A stretch of DNA of 64,000 nt from an uncultured delta proteobacterium. Lineage in GTDB: Bacteria; Desulfobacterota; Desulfobacteria; Desulfobacterales; QNYZ01. Location of the stretch: assembly GCA_963845145.1 (NCBI GenBank), contig CAWJQU010000003.1, positions 128,001 to 192,000 of the forward strand, given 5' to 3'. Numbering within the stretch: position 1 is the stretch's first letter; the number at the start of each line of letters is the position of its first letter. The position numbers and the translations under genes are program-made. The notes beneath the pieces were generated by a model, which saw only the letters and a list, made by a program, of their open reading frames with translations, was not told the origin of the DNA and searched no databases. Of this stretch, positions 53,801 through 64,000 are shown in pieces.

Positions 53801-55242
53801 CGCGCTTCAATCTGAGACTCCACCGACAACGGCACGTGAACGGCCATCTGGTCCCCATCGAAGTCGGCGTTAAAGGCTGTACAGACCAATGGGTGCAGTT
53901 GAATAGCCTTCCCCTCAATCAGAAGAGGCTCAAAGGCCTGTATACCCAATCGATGAAGGGTCGGCGCACGGTTAAGCATAACGGGGTATTCTTTAACGAC
54001 TTCATCAAGCGTATCCCAAACTTCCTGCGTTTCCCTTTCTACCATTCGTTTCGCACTCTTAACCGTTGAAACTTCGCCTTTTTGTTCAAGGCGGTAGTAG
54101 ATAAAAGGTTTAAATAATTCCAAGGCCATCTGTTTAGGAAGACCGCACTGGTGTAATCTCAGGTTGGGACCCACGGTAATAACCGTTCGTCCGGAATAAT
54201 CCACTCGTTTTCCAAGCAGGTTCTGACGAAAGCGCCCCTGTTTTCCCTTTAGGGTATCGCTCAGGGATTTAAGAGGCCTTCGGTTCGATCCCATGATCAC
54301 TCGGCCATGGCGGCCATTGTCAAAAAGGGCATCCACCGATTCCTGAAGCATCCGTTTTTCATTTCGAACGATAATTTCAGGCGCCCGCAAATCCATCAAT
54401 CGCTTAAGACGATTATTGCGGTTAATCACCCGCCGGTATAGATCATTTAAATCCGAGGTGGCAAATCGACCGCCTTCCAATGGCACCAACGGACGTAAAT
54501 CTGGCGGTAACACCGGAATCACATCCATAATCATCCAGGCAGGATCGATACCGGATCGACGAAATGAGTCAACGATTTTTAATTGTTTCGCCATTTTTTG
54601 TCGTTTGGCAACCGACCCTGTGGTTCGAATATCGGCTCGCAGGGTTTCATAAAGCCCGTCAATATCAATATTTTCAAGAATACCCTTGATCGCCTCAGCG
54701 CCGATACCCGCATCAAATTTGGTGCCATAGGTCTCAAGTGCTTCTTGGTATTCTTCATCGGTTAACAGTTGGCCCCGGGTAAAGGTCGTTTCCTTTGGAT
54801 CAATGACGATATAGCTGTCAAAGTAGAGCACCTTTTCAATATTTTTCAGGGTCATGTCGAGCAGGTTTCCGATTTTGCTCGGCAAACTTTTCATAAACCA
54901 AATGTGAGCCACGGGAGAAGCCAACTGAATATGGGCCATACGGTCCCGACGTACTTTGGATTGAATGACCTCCACACCGCACTTTTCACAAATGACGCCC
55001 CGGTGCTTCATCCGCTTGTATTTACCGCAATTACACTCGTAATCTTTGGTGGGACCAAAAATCTTGGCGCAGAAAAGACCATCCCTTTCCGGCTTGAAAG
55101 TCCGATAATTGATGGTTTCAGGTTTTTTTATTTCACCGTGGGACCAGTCCAGAATCTGTTTGGGAGAGGCAATTGCCAATCGCACAGCACTGTATCGTCG
55201 GGGATCTTTTGGTTTAGCAAAAAAGTCGTACAAGGTATCCAT
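50854..55242 (-). CDS. rpoC: RNA polymerase beta-prime with an inserted parvulin-like domain
   Basis: [16 protein letters not shown]; start MDTLYDFF at 55242. Confidence 0.99.
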   Translation of the reverse strand: MDTLYDFFAKPKDPRRYSAVRLAIASPKQILDWSHGEIKKPETINYRTFKPERDGLFCAKIFGPTKDYECNCGKYKRMKHRGVICEKCGVEVIQSKVRRDRMAHIQLASPVAHIWFMKSLPSKIGNLLDMTLKNIEKVLYFDSYIVIDPKETTFTRGQLLTDEEYQEALETYGTKFDAGIGAEAIKGILENIDIDGLYETLRADIRTTGSVAKRQKMAKQLKIVDSFRRSGIDPAWMIMDVIPVLPPDLRPLVPLEGGRFATSDLNDLYRRVINRNNRLKRLMDLRAPEIIVRNEKRMLQESVDALFDNGRHGRVIMGSNRRPLKSLSDTLKGKQGRFRQNLLGKRVDYSGRTVITVGPNLRLHQCGLPKQMALELFKPFIYYRLEQKGEVSTVKSAKRMVERETQEVWDTLDEVVKEYPVMLNRAPTLHRLGIQAFEPLLIEGKAIQLHPLVCTAFNADFDGDQMAVHVPLSVESQIEARVLMLSSNNILSPANGSPIIVPSQDIVLGTYYMTRDVVGAPGEGHKFSNVGEVRSAYDAGKVGLHAKVTVRIHDERIETTVGRVLFWEILPKERVMVLRRMKLATKKKAQAVLKKIQSGASFVDLVETESKHSDQGDKGLLGRLSKKEFSRVFDADVAVTDSLFELKKGDVSDIIFTDDTYHIFEVLDEQPEIPFKVVNRILDKKALRDLVDFSYRNLGAKATVILSDRLKDIGYQMSTQGGLSISIDDMIIPGAKWDIIKQAETQVAEIQEQYTEGLITTGEKYNKVVDIWARATDEVADEMMEAMKLEPVTGSGGVEKDDHGEPVFQSSMNPIYMMANSGARGSKDQMRQLAGMRGLMAKPSGEIIETPISANFREGLSVLQYFISTHGARKGLADTALKTANSGYLTRRLADVAQDCSVTKIDCGTMIGLEVEPLMEGGEVIQALGERLLGRTTMEDIVDPYSEEVLVKAGELLDEALVERVTTAGVAKVKIRSVLTCNAKSGVCATCYGRDLAQGHRVEIGQAVGIMAAQSIGEPGTQLTMRTFHIGGTASRRVEQADIRAKIGGRIKFLELNVVKNARNESIVMNRKGGEFAIMGEKDRELERFPVIYGANIAIEDGQEVGVGDLLASWDPFTTPIITEVDGIVKFGDIQLGKTIQEKVDPVTGKSSRTIIESRNADDRPRISIKDTGGKTAKLSSQSGVARYILPVAAILLVEEGDEVLAGDVVAKLPRATTKTKDITGGLPRVAELFEVRKPKEIAVLSQIDGYVSVSKSMKRGKQRVTVTPVDVGEKKEYLIPRGKHINVYEGDYIRAGDPLIGGSSIPQDILNIKGELALARYLVDEVQEVYRLQGVRINDKHIEVIVRQMMRRVKIIDAGDTEFIPDEQVDKIRFGVENAKIVEKGGEPAKAEALILGITKASLSTESFISAASFQETTKVLTNAAIAGSVDTLKGLKENVIMGRLIPCGTGVKSYGDISRP

Positions 55243-55315
55243 ATTCGTTCCCTTTTTGTGATTCCTCAATTTGGGGTACGTTGAATAGACAGATCGAAAT
55301 GTTAAAGATAGAAAA

Positions 55316-58300
55316 TCAAGTCTTGTTCCCCTCAAGCAATTGGATATCCAGGCCGAGGGCCCGCAGCTCTTTGGTCAATACCTTAAATGATTCAGGCAGA
55401 CCGGGCTCAAGCACATTTTGCCCCTTAACAATCTTTTCATACATTCGGGTTCGACCGGCCATATCATCAGACTTTACCGTCAGAAATTCCTGAAGTGCAT
55501 GCGCCGCGCCATACGCCTCCATGGCCCAGACTTCCATCTCTCCGAGACGTTGCCCACCAAATTGCGCCTTACCACCAAGCGGTTGCTGGGTAACGATTGA
55601 ATAAGGCCCGATCGAGCGGGCATGAATTTTGTCATCCACGAGATGATGCAACTTCAACATGTACATGGAACCTACAGTTATCCGGCCGTTGAATGGTTCA
55701 CCGGTTCGCCCATCGTAAAGCGTGGCTTGTCCTGTTGATGAAAACCCCGCCTCTTCCAGCAGGCCCTTTATTTCAGATTCTTCAGCACCGTCAAAGACCG
55801 GCGTGGCCATATAGACACCGTTACGATACCCATTGGCCAGCTCAAAAAGCTCATCATCATCTAGATCATCTACTTTGCTGCGCATGCTCTTGTCCTGGTC
55901 GGAGTCGGCATAGAATATTTTTTTAAATTTAGCGCGTAATTCTTTGGCACGTTTATCTTCTAAGAGTGCTTTTATCTGGTTACCCAATCCCTTGGCGGCA
56001 TTGCCAAGGTGAATTTCAAGTACCTGGCCGACATTCATTCGTGATGGTACCCCCAGAGGATTAAGAATCATATCCACAGTGGTTCCGTCGGCAAAATAAG
56101 GAAGGTCCTCCTGAGGAAGAATACGCGAAAGAACGCCTTTATTCCCATGACGCCCGGCCATTTTATCTCCCACCGACAGGGTCCGCTTCATGGCGACGTA
56201 CACCTTAACCATCTTGATCACGCCGGGAAGAAGGTCATCCCCTTTTTGGAGCTGGTCGACTTTTTTATCAAAATCAGCACGGCATCGAGCGATCTCTAAT
56301 CGGTACTTTTCGATAATGCTATTGAGTTCTTCGGTAATTTGAGCATTTTTCAGGACAATCTTCTCCAAATCAACCAAATCCAATTCGGTCAGTTTCTTTT
56401 TAGAGATGACACCATCCTTGGGAATGACCGTCTTTTTCTTTGTTTTGATCGCCGTAACACTTTTACGCCCAATCAGCAGGGAACCGATCCGCTCTTTGGC
56501 CACATCTTCGATGATGGCGCACTTGTCGGTACAATCCTGTTTGAGACGATCAATCTCTTCCTCTTCAATCTTATCCGAACGTTTATCCCTATCGGCGCCT
56601 CGCCTGGAAAACACCTTGGCATCAATCACCACGCCCTGGACACCCGGCGGCACGCGCAGAGAGCTATCTTTGACATCCCCTGCCTTTTCGCCAAAAATCG
56701 CCCGAAGTAACTTCTCTTCAGGAGACAACTGGGTCTCGGTTTTCGGTGTGATTTTGCCCACCAGAATATCCCCGGATTTTACTTCAGCACCCAGTCGAAT
56801 AATCCCGCTTTCATCTAGATTACTCAGTGCTTCCTCACCAACATTGGGAATATCTCGGGTAACCTCTTCCTTTCCTAACTTGGTATCCCGGGCAACCAGC
56901 TCAAACTCTTCGACATGGATAGAGGTATAGATACCATCGCGCACCAGGTGCTCCCCGATCAAAATGGAATCTTCAAAATTGTACCCACCCCAAGGCATGA
57001 AGGCCACCGTTACATTTTTTCCCAAGGCCAATTCGCCCTGATCGGTAGCGGGTCCATCGGCAATAATCTGGCCGGCTTTAATCTCTTGCCCTTTACGTAC
57101 AATGGGACGGTGATTAAAACAGGTGTTTTGATTGGAACGGATGTATTTATCCAGATTATAAACGGTGACCGACCGTTTTCCTTCATCGCCATTTGAGGGC
57201 GTATGACTGATCAAGATACGGGAGGCATCCACATTAACGACGATCCCGTCTCGGTCGGCAACGATAGTAACTCCGGAATCACTGGCAACCACGCCCTCAA
57301 TTCCGGTACCCACCAGCGGTGCTTGGTTGGTCAACAGAGGGACGGCCTGGCGCTGCATGTTGGACCCCATCAAGGCACGGTTGGCGTCATCATTCTCCAA
57401 AAAAGGAATCAATGACGCGGAGACACTGACCAGCTGGTTGGGCGAAATATCCATCAGCTCAATCTGTTCTCTGGGAACCATGGTAAACTCACCGGCCACA
57501 CGCGAAGTCACCAACGGATTGACAAAATTGCTTTCCTCGTCAACCGGCGCATTGGCCTGGGCAATGGGATGCTCTTTTTCATCAAAGGCCCCCAAAGGAA
57601 TAATATCAGTAGATACCTTCGCATCGGCTACTTTCCGATAGGGCGTTTCAATAAACCCATAATCGTTAACCCGTGCGTAGGTCCCTAAGGAAACGATCAG
57701 CCCGATGTTGGGACCTTCAGGTGTCTCGATAGGGCATATACGACCATAGTGAGATGGATGCACATCGCGAACTTCAAAGCCGGCGCGCTCCCGGGTTAAT
57801 CCACCGGGGCCAAGTGCGCTTAAACGCCGCTTATGGGTAGTTTCGGAAAGTGGGTTGGTTTGATCCATAAACTGGCTAAGCTGGCTCGTTCCGAAAAACT
57901 CTTTTACCACCGCAGTAACTGGTTTCGAATTCACCAGATCATGAGGCATTAAAGCATCTACCTCCTGGAGACTCATGCGTTCCTTTATGGCTCGCTCCAT
58001 TCGAACGAGGCCAATACGATATTGATTCTCCAAGAGCTCGCCCACCGCACGGACACGACGATTCCCGAGGTGGTCGATATCGTCCACCTCCCCTTGTGTA
58101 TCCCGCAATTCAACCAAAGTTTTGGCGGTGATTAAAATATCTTCTTTGCGAAGGGTTCTTAAATTAATTTCAGAATCAATCCCCATGCGCTGGTTGATCT
58201 TCAAACGTCCCACACGGGAAAGATCATAATAGGCCGAATCGAAAAAAAGATGGTCTACAAAATCCTGGGCCACTTCGGGTGTGGCCGGGTTCCCCGGTCG

Positions 58301-59434
58301 CATACGCCGGTAAATCTCAATCAAAGCCTCTTCTTTACTTTCGACTTTATCGAGCAGTAGTGTTTTGTGAATAGCGTCACTGGATGTTGTCCCGTCAATA
58401 TAAAGGATTTCAAACTCCGAGATGTCGGCCGTGACAAGATTTTCGATGTTGGTTTCATCCAGCATCTCATTAGAGGTAACAATGGATTCGTCGGTTTCAA
58501 GATTGACCACGGAAGCGGCCATAATTTTACCGACAAGACTTTCCTGGCTGATGGGCAGCCATTCAACCTTGGCCGCGATCATCCGCTTAACAGCGGCCTG
58601 GGTAAACAGACGGCCGGCCGGATGCACGATCTTTCCAGTTGTTGGGTGCAGTACGTCCAAGCCCGCCCGTTGACCTCGCACAAAGTCCGGATTAAATTTT
58701 TTATAAAAATGATTGTTTTTATAGATAATTTTTTCCCGGTCATAAAAATATCCCAGGAGGTCTTCCGCAGTATAGCCAAAAGATTTGAAAAGAATCGTTA
58801 CCGGAAATTTGCGTCTTCGGTCAATCCGGACCTGAACGATATCCTTAGGGTCAACTTCCATATCAATCCAAGACCCGCGTACAGGAATAATCCTCGAACT
58901 GTAGATAACCTTGCCGCTTGAATGGGATTTCCCCTTATCATGATCAAAAAACACACCGGATGAACGGTGAAGCTGGCTAACAACAACCCGTTCAGTACCG
59001 TTTATAATAAAGGTACCATTCGCCGTCATCAAGGGAAGGGTACCAAAGTAAATTTCTTGTTCTTTGATATCACGAATGTTTGATACACCCGTCTCTTTAT
59101 CAACATCGTACACAACCAAACGTGCGGTGATTCGAAGCGGGACTTCGTAAGTCATCCCGCGAAGAATACACTCTTTAACACTGTGTTTAATCTTATCGAA
59201 CCGATAGCTGACGAACTCTAAAGATGCACTACCGCTAAAATCCTTGATGGGAAAGACGGAATTAAAAACGGTCTGAAGGCCGATGTTCTTGCGCTCATCG
59301 GGCGGAACATCAACCTGCAACAGACGGTCGTAGGATTCGCGTTGAATCCCGATTAAGTCCGGTATATCGATAATTTTCCGGATCTTACCAAAACTCTTCC
59401 TTATACGACCTTTCGCCGGTATTCTTTCAGGCAT
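55316..59434 (-). CDS. rpoB: RNA polymerase beta
   Basis: [18 protein letters not shown]. Confidence 0.99.
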   Translation of the reverse strand: MPERIPAKGRIRKSFGKIRKIIDIPDLIGIQRESYDRLLQVDVPPDERKNIGLQTVFNSVFPIKDFSGSASLEFVSYRFDKIKHSVKECILRGMTYEVPLRITARLVVYDVDKETGVSNIRDIKEQEIYFGTLPLMTANGTFIINGTERVVVSQLHRSSGVFFDHDKGKSHSSGKVIYSSRIIPVRGSWIDMEVDPKDIVQVRIDRRRKFPVTILFKSFGYTAEDLLGYFYDREKIIYKNNHFYKKFNPDFVRGQRAGLDVLHPTTGKIVHPAGRLFTQAAVKRMIAAKVEWLPISQESLVGKIMAASVVNLETDESIVTSNEMLDETNIENLVTADISEFEILYIDGTTSSDAIHKTLLLDKVESKEEALIEIYRRMRPGNPATPEVAQDFVDHLFFDSAYYDLSRVGRLKINQRMGIDSEINLRTLRKEDILITAKTLVELRDTQGEVDDIDHLGNRRVRAVGELLENQYRIGLVRMERAIKERMSLQEVDALMPHDLVNSKPVTAVVKEFFGTSQLSQFMDQTNPLSETTHKRRLSALGPGGLTRERAGFEVRDVHPSHYGRICPIETPEGPNIGLIVSLGTYARVNDYGFIETPYRKVADAKVSTDIIPLGAFDEKEHPIAQANAPVDEESNFVNPLVTSRVAGEFTMVPREQIELMDISPNQLVSVSASLIPFLENDDANRALMGSNMQRQAVPLLTNQAPLVGTGIEGVVASDSGVTIVADRDGIVVNVDASRILISHTPSNGDEGKRSVTVYNLDKYIRSNQNTCFNHRPIVRKGQEIKAGQIIADGPATDQGELALGKNVTVAFMPWGGYNFEDSILIGEHLVRDGIYTSIHVEEFELVARDTKLGKEEVTRDIPNVGEEALSNLDESGIIRLGAEVKSGDILVGKITPKTETQLSPEEKLLRAIFGEKAGDVKDSSLRVPPGVQGVVIDAKVFSRRGADRDKRSDKIEEEEIDRLKQDCTDKCAIIEDVAKERIGSLLIGRKSVTAIKTKKKTVIPKDGVISKKKLTELDLVDLEKIVLKNAQITEELNSIIEKYRLEIARCRADFDKKVDQLQKGDDLLPGVIKMVKVYVAMKRTLSVGDKMAGRHGNKGVLSRILPQEDLPYFADGTTVDMILNPLGVPSRMNVGQVLEIHLGNAAKGLGNQIKALLEDKRAKELRAKFKKIFYADSDQDKSMRSKVDDLDDDELFELANGYRNGVYMATPVFDGAEESEIKGLLEEAGFSSTGQATLYDGRTGEPFNGRITVGSMYMLKLHHLVDDKIHARSIGPYSIVTQQPLGGKAQFGGQRLGEMEVWAMEAYGAAHALQEFLTVKSDDMAGRTRMYEKIVKGQNVLEPGLPESFKVLTKELRALGLDIQLLEGNKT

Positions 59435-59450
59435 GGCATCTCCGATAAAT

Positions 59451-59509
59451 GATTAAATGCCCGAGTTTAAACCTTAAATAGAATTTTGGGTTTAATTCGG
59501 GCATCAATC
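59451..59509. promoter_or_regulatory. Long hairpin just upstream of rpoB (possible attenuator or processing site)
   Basis: GATTAAATGCCCGAGTTTAAACC ... GGTTTAATTCGGGCATCAATC. Confidence 0.5.
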
Positions 59510-59697
59510 TAACCTATGATTTGGATTGGCTTACAAAAAATAAAAGGGATATCGGATCCATGGAATTTACCAGAAATAGTACTCTTGATCCGTTGGTAAT
59601 TCATCATTCCGATATTCCGCAAATTAATATAAAACAGGTAAAATAGCGCCGATTTAAATCAATTGCTATCCGTTGGATAAAAACGGCCGTCCAGGTT

Positions 59698-60084
59698 CTA
59701 TTTAACCTCAACCTGGGCGCCGGCTTCCTCGAGTTGTTCCTTAATTTTTTCTGCCTCATCTTTCGGGATGGCTTCCTTGACTGCTTGGGGAGCACCGTCC
59801 ACCAGAGTTTTGGCCTCTTTGAGGCCCAATCCAGTGATGGCCCGAACTTCCTTGATTACCTGAATTTTCTTGTCCCCATGGGCTGTAAGAATCACGTCAA
59901 ATTCGGTTTGTTCTTCAGCGGCAGCGCCAGCACCGTCAGCCCCTGGCATCATGGCAGCCATAGCGACTGGTGCGGCCGCACTGACTCCAAATTTTTCTTC
60001 CATTTCCTTGACAAGATCAGCCAAATCAAGAACCGACATACTGGCTATAAATTCAATTACATCGTCTTTGGTAATATCCGCCAT
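59698..60084 (-). CDS. rplL: 50S protein L7/L12
   Basis: [16 protein letters not shown]. Confidence 0.98.
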   Translation of the reverse strand: MADITKDDVIEFIASMSVLDLADLVKEMEEKFGVSAAAPVAMAAMMPGADGAGAAAEEQTEFDVILTAHGDKKIQVIKEVRAITGLGLKEAKTLVDGAPQAVKEAIPKDEAEKIKEQLEEAGAQVEVK

Positions 60085-60164
60085 TTCTTTATCCTCCAAA
60101 AAAATAATTTTTATTTAATCATGCGTTTTAATTCAATCATCATTCACTTGATTATATACCATTA

Positions 60165-60701
60165 TCAAGCAGATGCACCGGTTTCCGCTTCTTTTTTGTC
60201 TTTTAAGGCCGTCAAAAGATTAACAAATTGCTGTGGGACGCCATTGAGCACACGGACAAACGCGGTCGGGACACCATTTATGACCGACAGTAATTGACCT
60301 AAAAGTTGCTCACGGGAAGGCAGGCTGGACAGTGCCTTAATGGCTGCTGAGTCCAGTACTTTGCCATCCATTACGCCCATTTTAATTTCTAGATTATCGT
60401 TTTCCTTGGCGAAATCGGTCAGAACTTTGGCCGGCGTTACGGGATCGTCAAAGCTGTAGGTGACCGCACTGGGCCCTTTGAAACTGTCTGAAATTAATTC
60501 CAGATCATTTCCCTCAGCAGCCCTTCGTAGCAGCGTATTTTTAACCACACGATACCCGATTGAATGCTCTCGCAGCTTTACTCTAAGACTGTTTAAAGTC
60601 GCTACATCGAGCCCCTTGTAATCCGTAACAATCACCACTTTCGCCTTGGAAAATGTATCCTTAAATTCGTCGACGATGGCCTTTTTGTGTTCAATTTTCA
60701 C
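60165..60701 (-). CDS. rplJ: 50S protein L10
   Basis: DYKGL, VVKNTL, LPSREQL. Confidence 0.98.
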   Translation of the reverse strand: MKIEHKKAIVDEFKDTFSKAKVVIVTDYKGLDVATLNSLRVKLREHSIGYRVVKNTLLRRAAEGNDLELISDSFKGPSAVTYSFDDPVTPAKVLTDFAKENDNLEIKMGVMDGKVLDSAAIKALSSLPSREQLLGQLLSVINGVPTAFVRVLNGVPQQFVNLLTALKDKKEAETGASA

Positions 60702-60820
60702 TTAGACGCTACACCCCCTTTCCTTGTAACTGTCCAAAACCGAAGAAACCGGTCGGTTGATCGACCTGGCGGATCCTGAATGTTGGTCGCTTTATAGTCA
60801 TACCAAATTTAGTGTATCCA

Positions 60821-60883
60821 CTGTCTCTGCAGGCCAGACGGACTGATTAACCGCGATTGACGCGGGCCTACGGTCTTCGACAG
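60821..60883 (-). ncRNA. L10 leader (autoregulatory RNA)
   Basis: CTGTCGAAGACCGTAGG ... TTAA ... CCTGCAGAGACAG upstream of rplJ. Confidence 0.8.
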
Positions 60884-60949
60884 AAATGTTGTTTGCCGCC
60901 CGAGGAAGGTTTGACTTCCAATCATTCGGCAGCGTTAATTGTAGATAAA

Positions 60950-61654
60950 TTATCCGACTAGATCCTTTACAAAAGCGGAATCGATTTTGATGCCCGGCCC
61001 CATGGTCGTGGAGAGGACGATTCCTTTAAGATATGCTCCCTTACTGGCAGGTGGCTTTAGTCGCATGATGGTTTCCATGAACGTGGTAATATTTTCAATC
61101 AGCTTCTCCACGCCAAATGACACTTTACCCATCGGGACGTGGACGATTCCGGCTTTCTCAACCCTAAAATCGATTTTACCGCTTTTTAACTCTTCAACAG
61201 CCCTGGCAACATCGAATGTCACCGTTCCGGTTTTGGCATTCGGCATCAGCCCTCGTGGCCCAAGTATTCGACCGATTTTGCCGACCGAACCCATAACATC
61301 GGGTGTGGCTACGGCTTTATCAAATCCAAACCAGCCCCCTTTAATTTTTTCAACCAGATCGTCGTTACCGACAAAATCCGCTCCTGCATCAGTGGCCTCG
61401 GACTCTTTCTCGCCCTTGGCAAAAACGAGCACCTTGACCTCTTTGCCCAGACCGTTGGGCAAAACCACACTTCCCCTAACCATTTGATCGGCATGCCGTG
61501 GATCAACGCCCAGTCGGACAGCCAAGTCAACGGTCTCATCAAAGCGTGCGAAGGATGCTTCAATTGCCAGTTTAACTGCGTCGAAAAAGTTGTGACGGGC
61601 AGATTGATCCAGTTTTTGAACGACCCCCTGATATTTTTTTCCCCGTTTCGGCAT
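60950..61654 (-). CDS. rplA: 50S protein L1
   Basis: [15 protein letters not shown]. Confidence 0.98.
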   Translation of the reverse strand: MPKRGKKYQGVVQKLDQSARHNFFDAVKLAIEASFARFDETVDLAVRLGVDPRHADQMVRGSVVLPNGLGKEVKVLVFAKGEKESEATDAGADFVGNDDLVEKIKGGWFGFDKAVATPDVMGSVGKIGRILGPRGLMPNAKTGTVTFDVARAVEELKSGKIDFRVEKAGIVHVPMGKVSFGVEKLIENITTFMETIMRLKPPASKGAYLKGIVLSTTMGPGIKIDSAFVKDLVG

Positions 61655-61777
61655 TTTAACTCTCTCTCCTTTGAGCGGCTTTTTGTGGTCAACCGCAAAA
61701 AGCAATAATCATTGAACATCGGTACACAATAACCTAACGACCTAATCCCTTTTTACACACATTACCCATATTGAAAA

Positions 61778-62200
61778 TCAAGCAACCTCGATTCCCATAC
61801 TTCTAGCGGTACCTTCTATTATGCGGCAGGCGGCATCCAGATCATGTGCATTCAGATCGACCATTTTTTGTTTTGCAATCTCTTCCACCTGATCACGGGT
61901 AACCTTACCCACACGGTCACGTTTTGGATCGGCTGCACCTTTCGCAATCCGTGCCGCCTTTTTCAATAAAACGGCTGCCGGTGGTGTTTTGGTGATAAAG
62001 GTAAAAGAGCGATCTTGATATACCGTCAAAACGGCTGGAATAATCATCCCGGCCTCGTCAGCCGTTCGCGCATTAAAGGCCTTGCAAAAATCCATTATGT
62101 TTACACCGTGCTGGCCTAGCGCCGGCCCGATTGGAGGAGATGGATTGGCCTTGCCGGCTTCGATTTGCAATTTAATCTGGGTCATTACTTTTTTTGCCAT
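61778..62200 (-). CDS. rplK: 50S protein L11
   Basis: [12 protein letters not shown]. Confidence 0.98.
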   Translation of the reverse strand: MAKKVMTQIKLQIEAGKANPSPPIGPALGQHGVNIMDFCKAFNARTADEAGMIIPAVLTVYQDRSFTFITKTPPAAVLLKKAARIAKGAADPKRDRVGKVTRDQVEEIAKQKMVDLNAHDLDAACRIIEGTARSMGIEVA

Positions 62201-62272
62201 GTGCTGTTTTCTCCTGGATATCATTAAGCCCAAGCGGCTGATTGCTTCCAAGCCAACCGAGATTAATTCTTT

Positions 62273-62803
62273 TTATAACTTACTGACCTGAATAAAATCG
62301 AGTTCAACGGGTGTCGATCTCCCAAATATACTGACCAATACCCTGATTTTACCTTTTTCCGGATTCACTTCCTGAACGGTACCGTTAAAGTTGGCAAACG
62401 GACCATCGACCACACGGATTTCATCTCCCATCTCGAAATGGAACTTTGGTTTAGGCTCTAATTTTCCGGCCTCCATCCGGTTTAATATCCGCTCGGCCTC
62501 CCGATCGGGTATTGCTGCCGGCTTTTCTCGCCCACCTAAAAATCCGGTGACCTTGGCAGTGTCGTTCACAATGTGCCAGGTTTCATCGTTTAACATCATC
62601 TGGACTAGAATATATCCCGGATAAAATTTCCGCGATGATTCCCGCCGCTTACCTTTAACCAGTTCAACAATCTGCTCGGTGGGTACAACGACCTCACCAA
62701 ACTTGTCCGCATGGGTAGATGATGAGATCCGCTCCTCAAGCGCTGTTTTAACTTTATTCTCAAAGCCCGAGTAAACATGAATGATATACCATTTAAGCGA
62801 CAC
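62273..62803 (-). CDS. nusG: Transcription factor NusG
   Basis: WYIIHVYSG, YPGY, IFGRSTPV. Confidence 0.98.
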   Translation of the reverse strand: MSLKWYIIHVYSGFENKVKTALEERISSSTHADKFGEVVVPTEQIVELVKGKRRESSRKFYPGYILVQMMLNDETWHIVNDTAKVTGFLGGREKPAAIPDREAERILNRMEAGKLEPKPKFHFEMGDEIRVVDGPFANFNGTVQEVNPEKGKIRVLVSIFGRSTPVELDFIQVSKL

Positions 62804-62830
62804 TAGCGTATGCTCCTTATAACCGGCGAT

Positions 62831-63220
62831 CTATTGCAGAACCACGCGAACAAAACTCGTCAATCCCATATCGACAAGTCCGAGGAAAAGGGATATCAAT
62901 ATCACCAGCACCAAAACGACGATGGTCGACCCCAGGGTCTGTTTTCTCGACGGCCAGGTAACTTTCTTTAATTCAACTTTCACTTCCCGAAGAAACTGGA
63001 TACTTTTTTGAACCCAGTTTGGCTTGCTTAGAACCGCAGGCACCTTTGTTGTGGTAAAAGGCTTGTTGGTCGCTTTCTGGCCTGAGGTCTTCTTGACTTT
63101 GGCAAGCATAGCCGCCGGCTGTGAACCGGAACCGCTGGCAACCTGTGCAATGTCATCCGGTTTTTTTTCACGTTTTTTTTGCTTGGCGTCTGTGGGTTTC
63201 TTCTTTTGTAAACGTGCCAT
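62831..63220 (-). CDS. secE: SecE with a basic N-terminal extension
   Basis: ELKKVTWP plus a TM helix. Confidence 0.95.
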   Translation of the reverse strand: MARLQKKKPTDAKQKKREKKPDDIAQVASGSGSQPAAMLAKVKKTSGQKATNKPFTTTKVPAVLSKPNWVQKSIQFLREVKVELKKVTWPSRKQTLGSTIVVLVLVILISLFLGLVDMGLTSFVRVVLQ

Positions 63221-63237
63221 ATTTCTCCTGAAAAATG

Positions 63238-63313
63238 TGGCAGGCCAGGAGGGATTCGAACCCCCAACACCCGGATTTGGAGTCCGACGCTCTACCGTTG
63301 GAGCTACTGGCCT
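63238..63313 (-). tRNA. tRNA-Trp(CCA)
   Basis: AGGCCAG acceptor stem, TCGGA-CT-CCA-AA-TCCGG anticodon arm, encoded CCA. Confidence 0.97.
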
Positions 63314-63368
63314 GCAATCAGGGACCTTATACGCGATCCCGTTTTTTTCAATGTCGCATTATACGCCA

Positions 63369-63518
63369 TTATTTGGTTTCCCGATGACGTGTATGTTTTT
63401 GGCAAAACCGGCAATATTTGTTGAATTCAAGTTTATCCGGTGTTGTCCGCTTGTTTTTGGTTGTCGTATAATTTCTATTTTTACACTCAGGGCACGCAAG
63501 GGTTATAATAACTCTCAC
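63369..63518 (-). CDS. rpmG: 50S protein L33 (not in the ORF track)
   Basis: [49 protein letters not shown]. Confidence 0.97.
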   Translation of the reverse strand: MRVIITLACPECKNRNYTTTKNKRTTPDKLEFNKYCRFCQKHTRHRETK

Positions 63519-63537
63519 CTTAATTCTCCTTCACTTC

Positions 63538-64000
63538 TTACTCGATAATTTCGCTAATAACACCGGCACCCACAGTACGACCGCCTTCACGTATGGCAAA
63601 ACGCAGCTCTTTCTCCATCGCGATCGGCATGATCAGTTCGCCCTCTACCGTCACGTTATCTCCAGGCATCACCATCTCCACGCCCTCGGGTAACGTTACC
63701 ACGCCCGTGATGTCCGTCGTCCGAAAATAAAACTGCGGCCGATATCCCGTGAAAAACGGCGTGTGACGACCACCTTCCTCTTTACTCAAAACATACACCT
63801 CGGCCTTGAACTTCGTATGCGGATTGATCGTACCCGGCACGGCTACCACCTGACCTCGCTCTACATCTTCGCGCTTCGTACCCCGCAACAATACACCGAT
63901 GTTGTCTCCCGCCTGACCTTCGTCTAACAACTTGCGAAACATCTCAACACCCGTGCAGACCGTCTTCTGCGTCTCTCGAATACCAACAATCTCCACCGTG
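63538..64000 (-). CDS. tuf: Elongation factor Tu, second copy (3' part only)
   Basis: Identical protein C-terminus to 48442-49635. Confidence 0.98.
   Translation of the reverse strand, partial: TVEIVGIRETQKTVCTGVEMFRKLLDEGQAGDNIGVLLRGTKREDVERGQVVAVPGTINPHTKFKAEVYVLSKEEGGRHTPFFTGYRPQFYFRTTDITGVVTLPEGVEMVMPGDNVTVEGELIMPIAMEKELRFAIREGGRTVGAGVISEIIE

Noticed and set aside
63024..63548. 174-aa plus-strand ORF and similar antisense ORFs across the ribosomal cluster
   Set aside because: Shadow frames of secE, tRNA-Trp, rpmG and other real genes

Overview
Chromosomal segment of an anaerobic deltaproteobacterium; gene content and protein style suggest Desulfobacterales (inference). 1-15 kb is an accessory redox region: a frameshift-ridden GlcD-like FAD oxidoreductase plus CCG-domain Fe-S gene pair, a FadR regulator with a perfect palindromic operator, a ferredoxin with a degenerate AOR-family protein, and an operon encoding a BPL_N/GATase-like protein, a hexaheme cytochrome c, a cytochrome b, a heptaheme-NarI/HdrE-like fusion, an HdrD-like protein and a NitT/TauT ABC importer. 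15.6-20.6 kb holds tRNA-Ser(CGA), mpl, crcB-DUF190, ybaK-like and a DUF4388 membrane protein behind a sigma54-type promoter. 20.7-33.7 kb is an acyl-CoA catabolic cluster with a TRAP transporter. 33.9-64 kb is the minus-strand ribosomal/RNA polymerase supercluster (tuf-rpmG-tRNA-Trp-secE-nusG-rplKAJL-rpoBC-rpsLG-tuf-S10-spc-alpha). The most striking observations are a 98-aa parvulin/PpiC-like domain inserted in RpoC, the absence of fusA from the str operon, the multiheme/Hdr-like operon and the cofactor-less AOR homologue. All family assignments are by motif recognition; no database searches were run.
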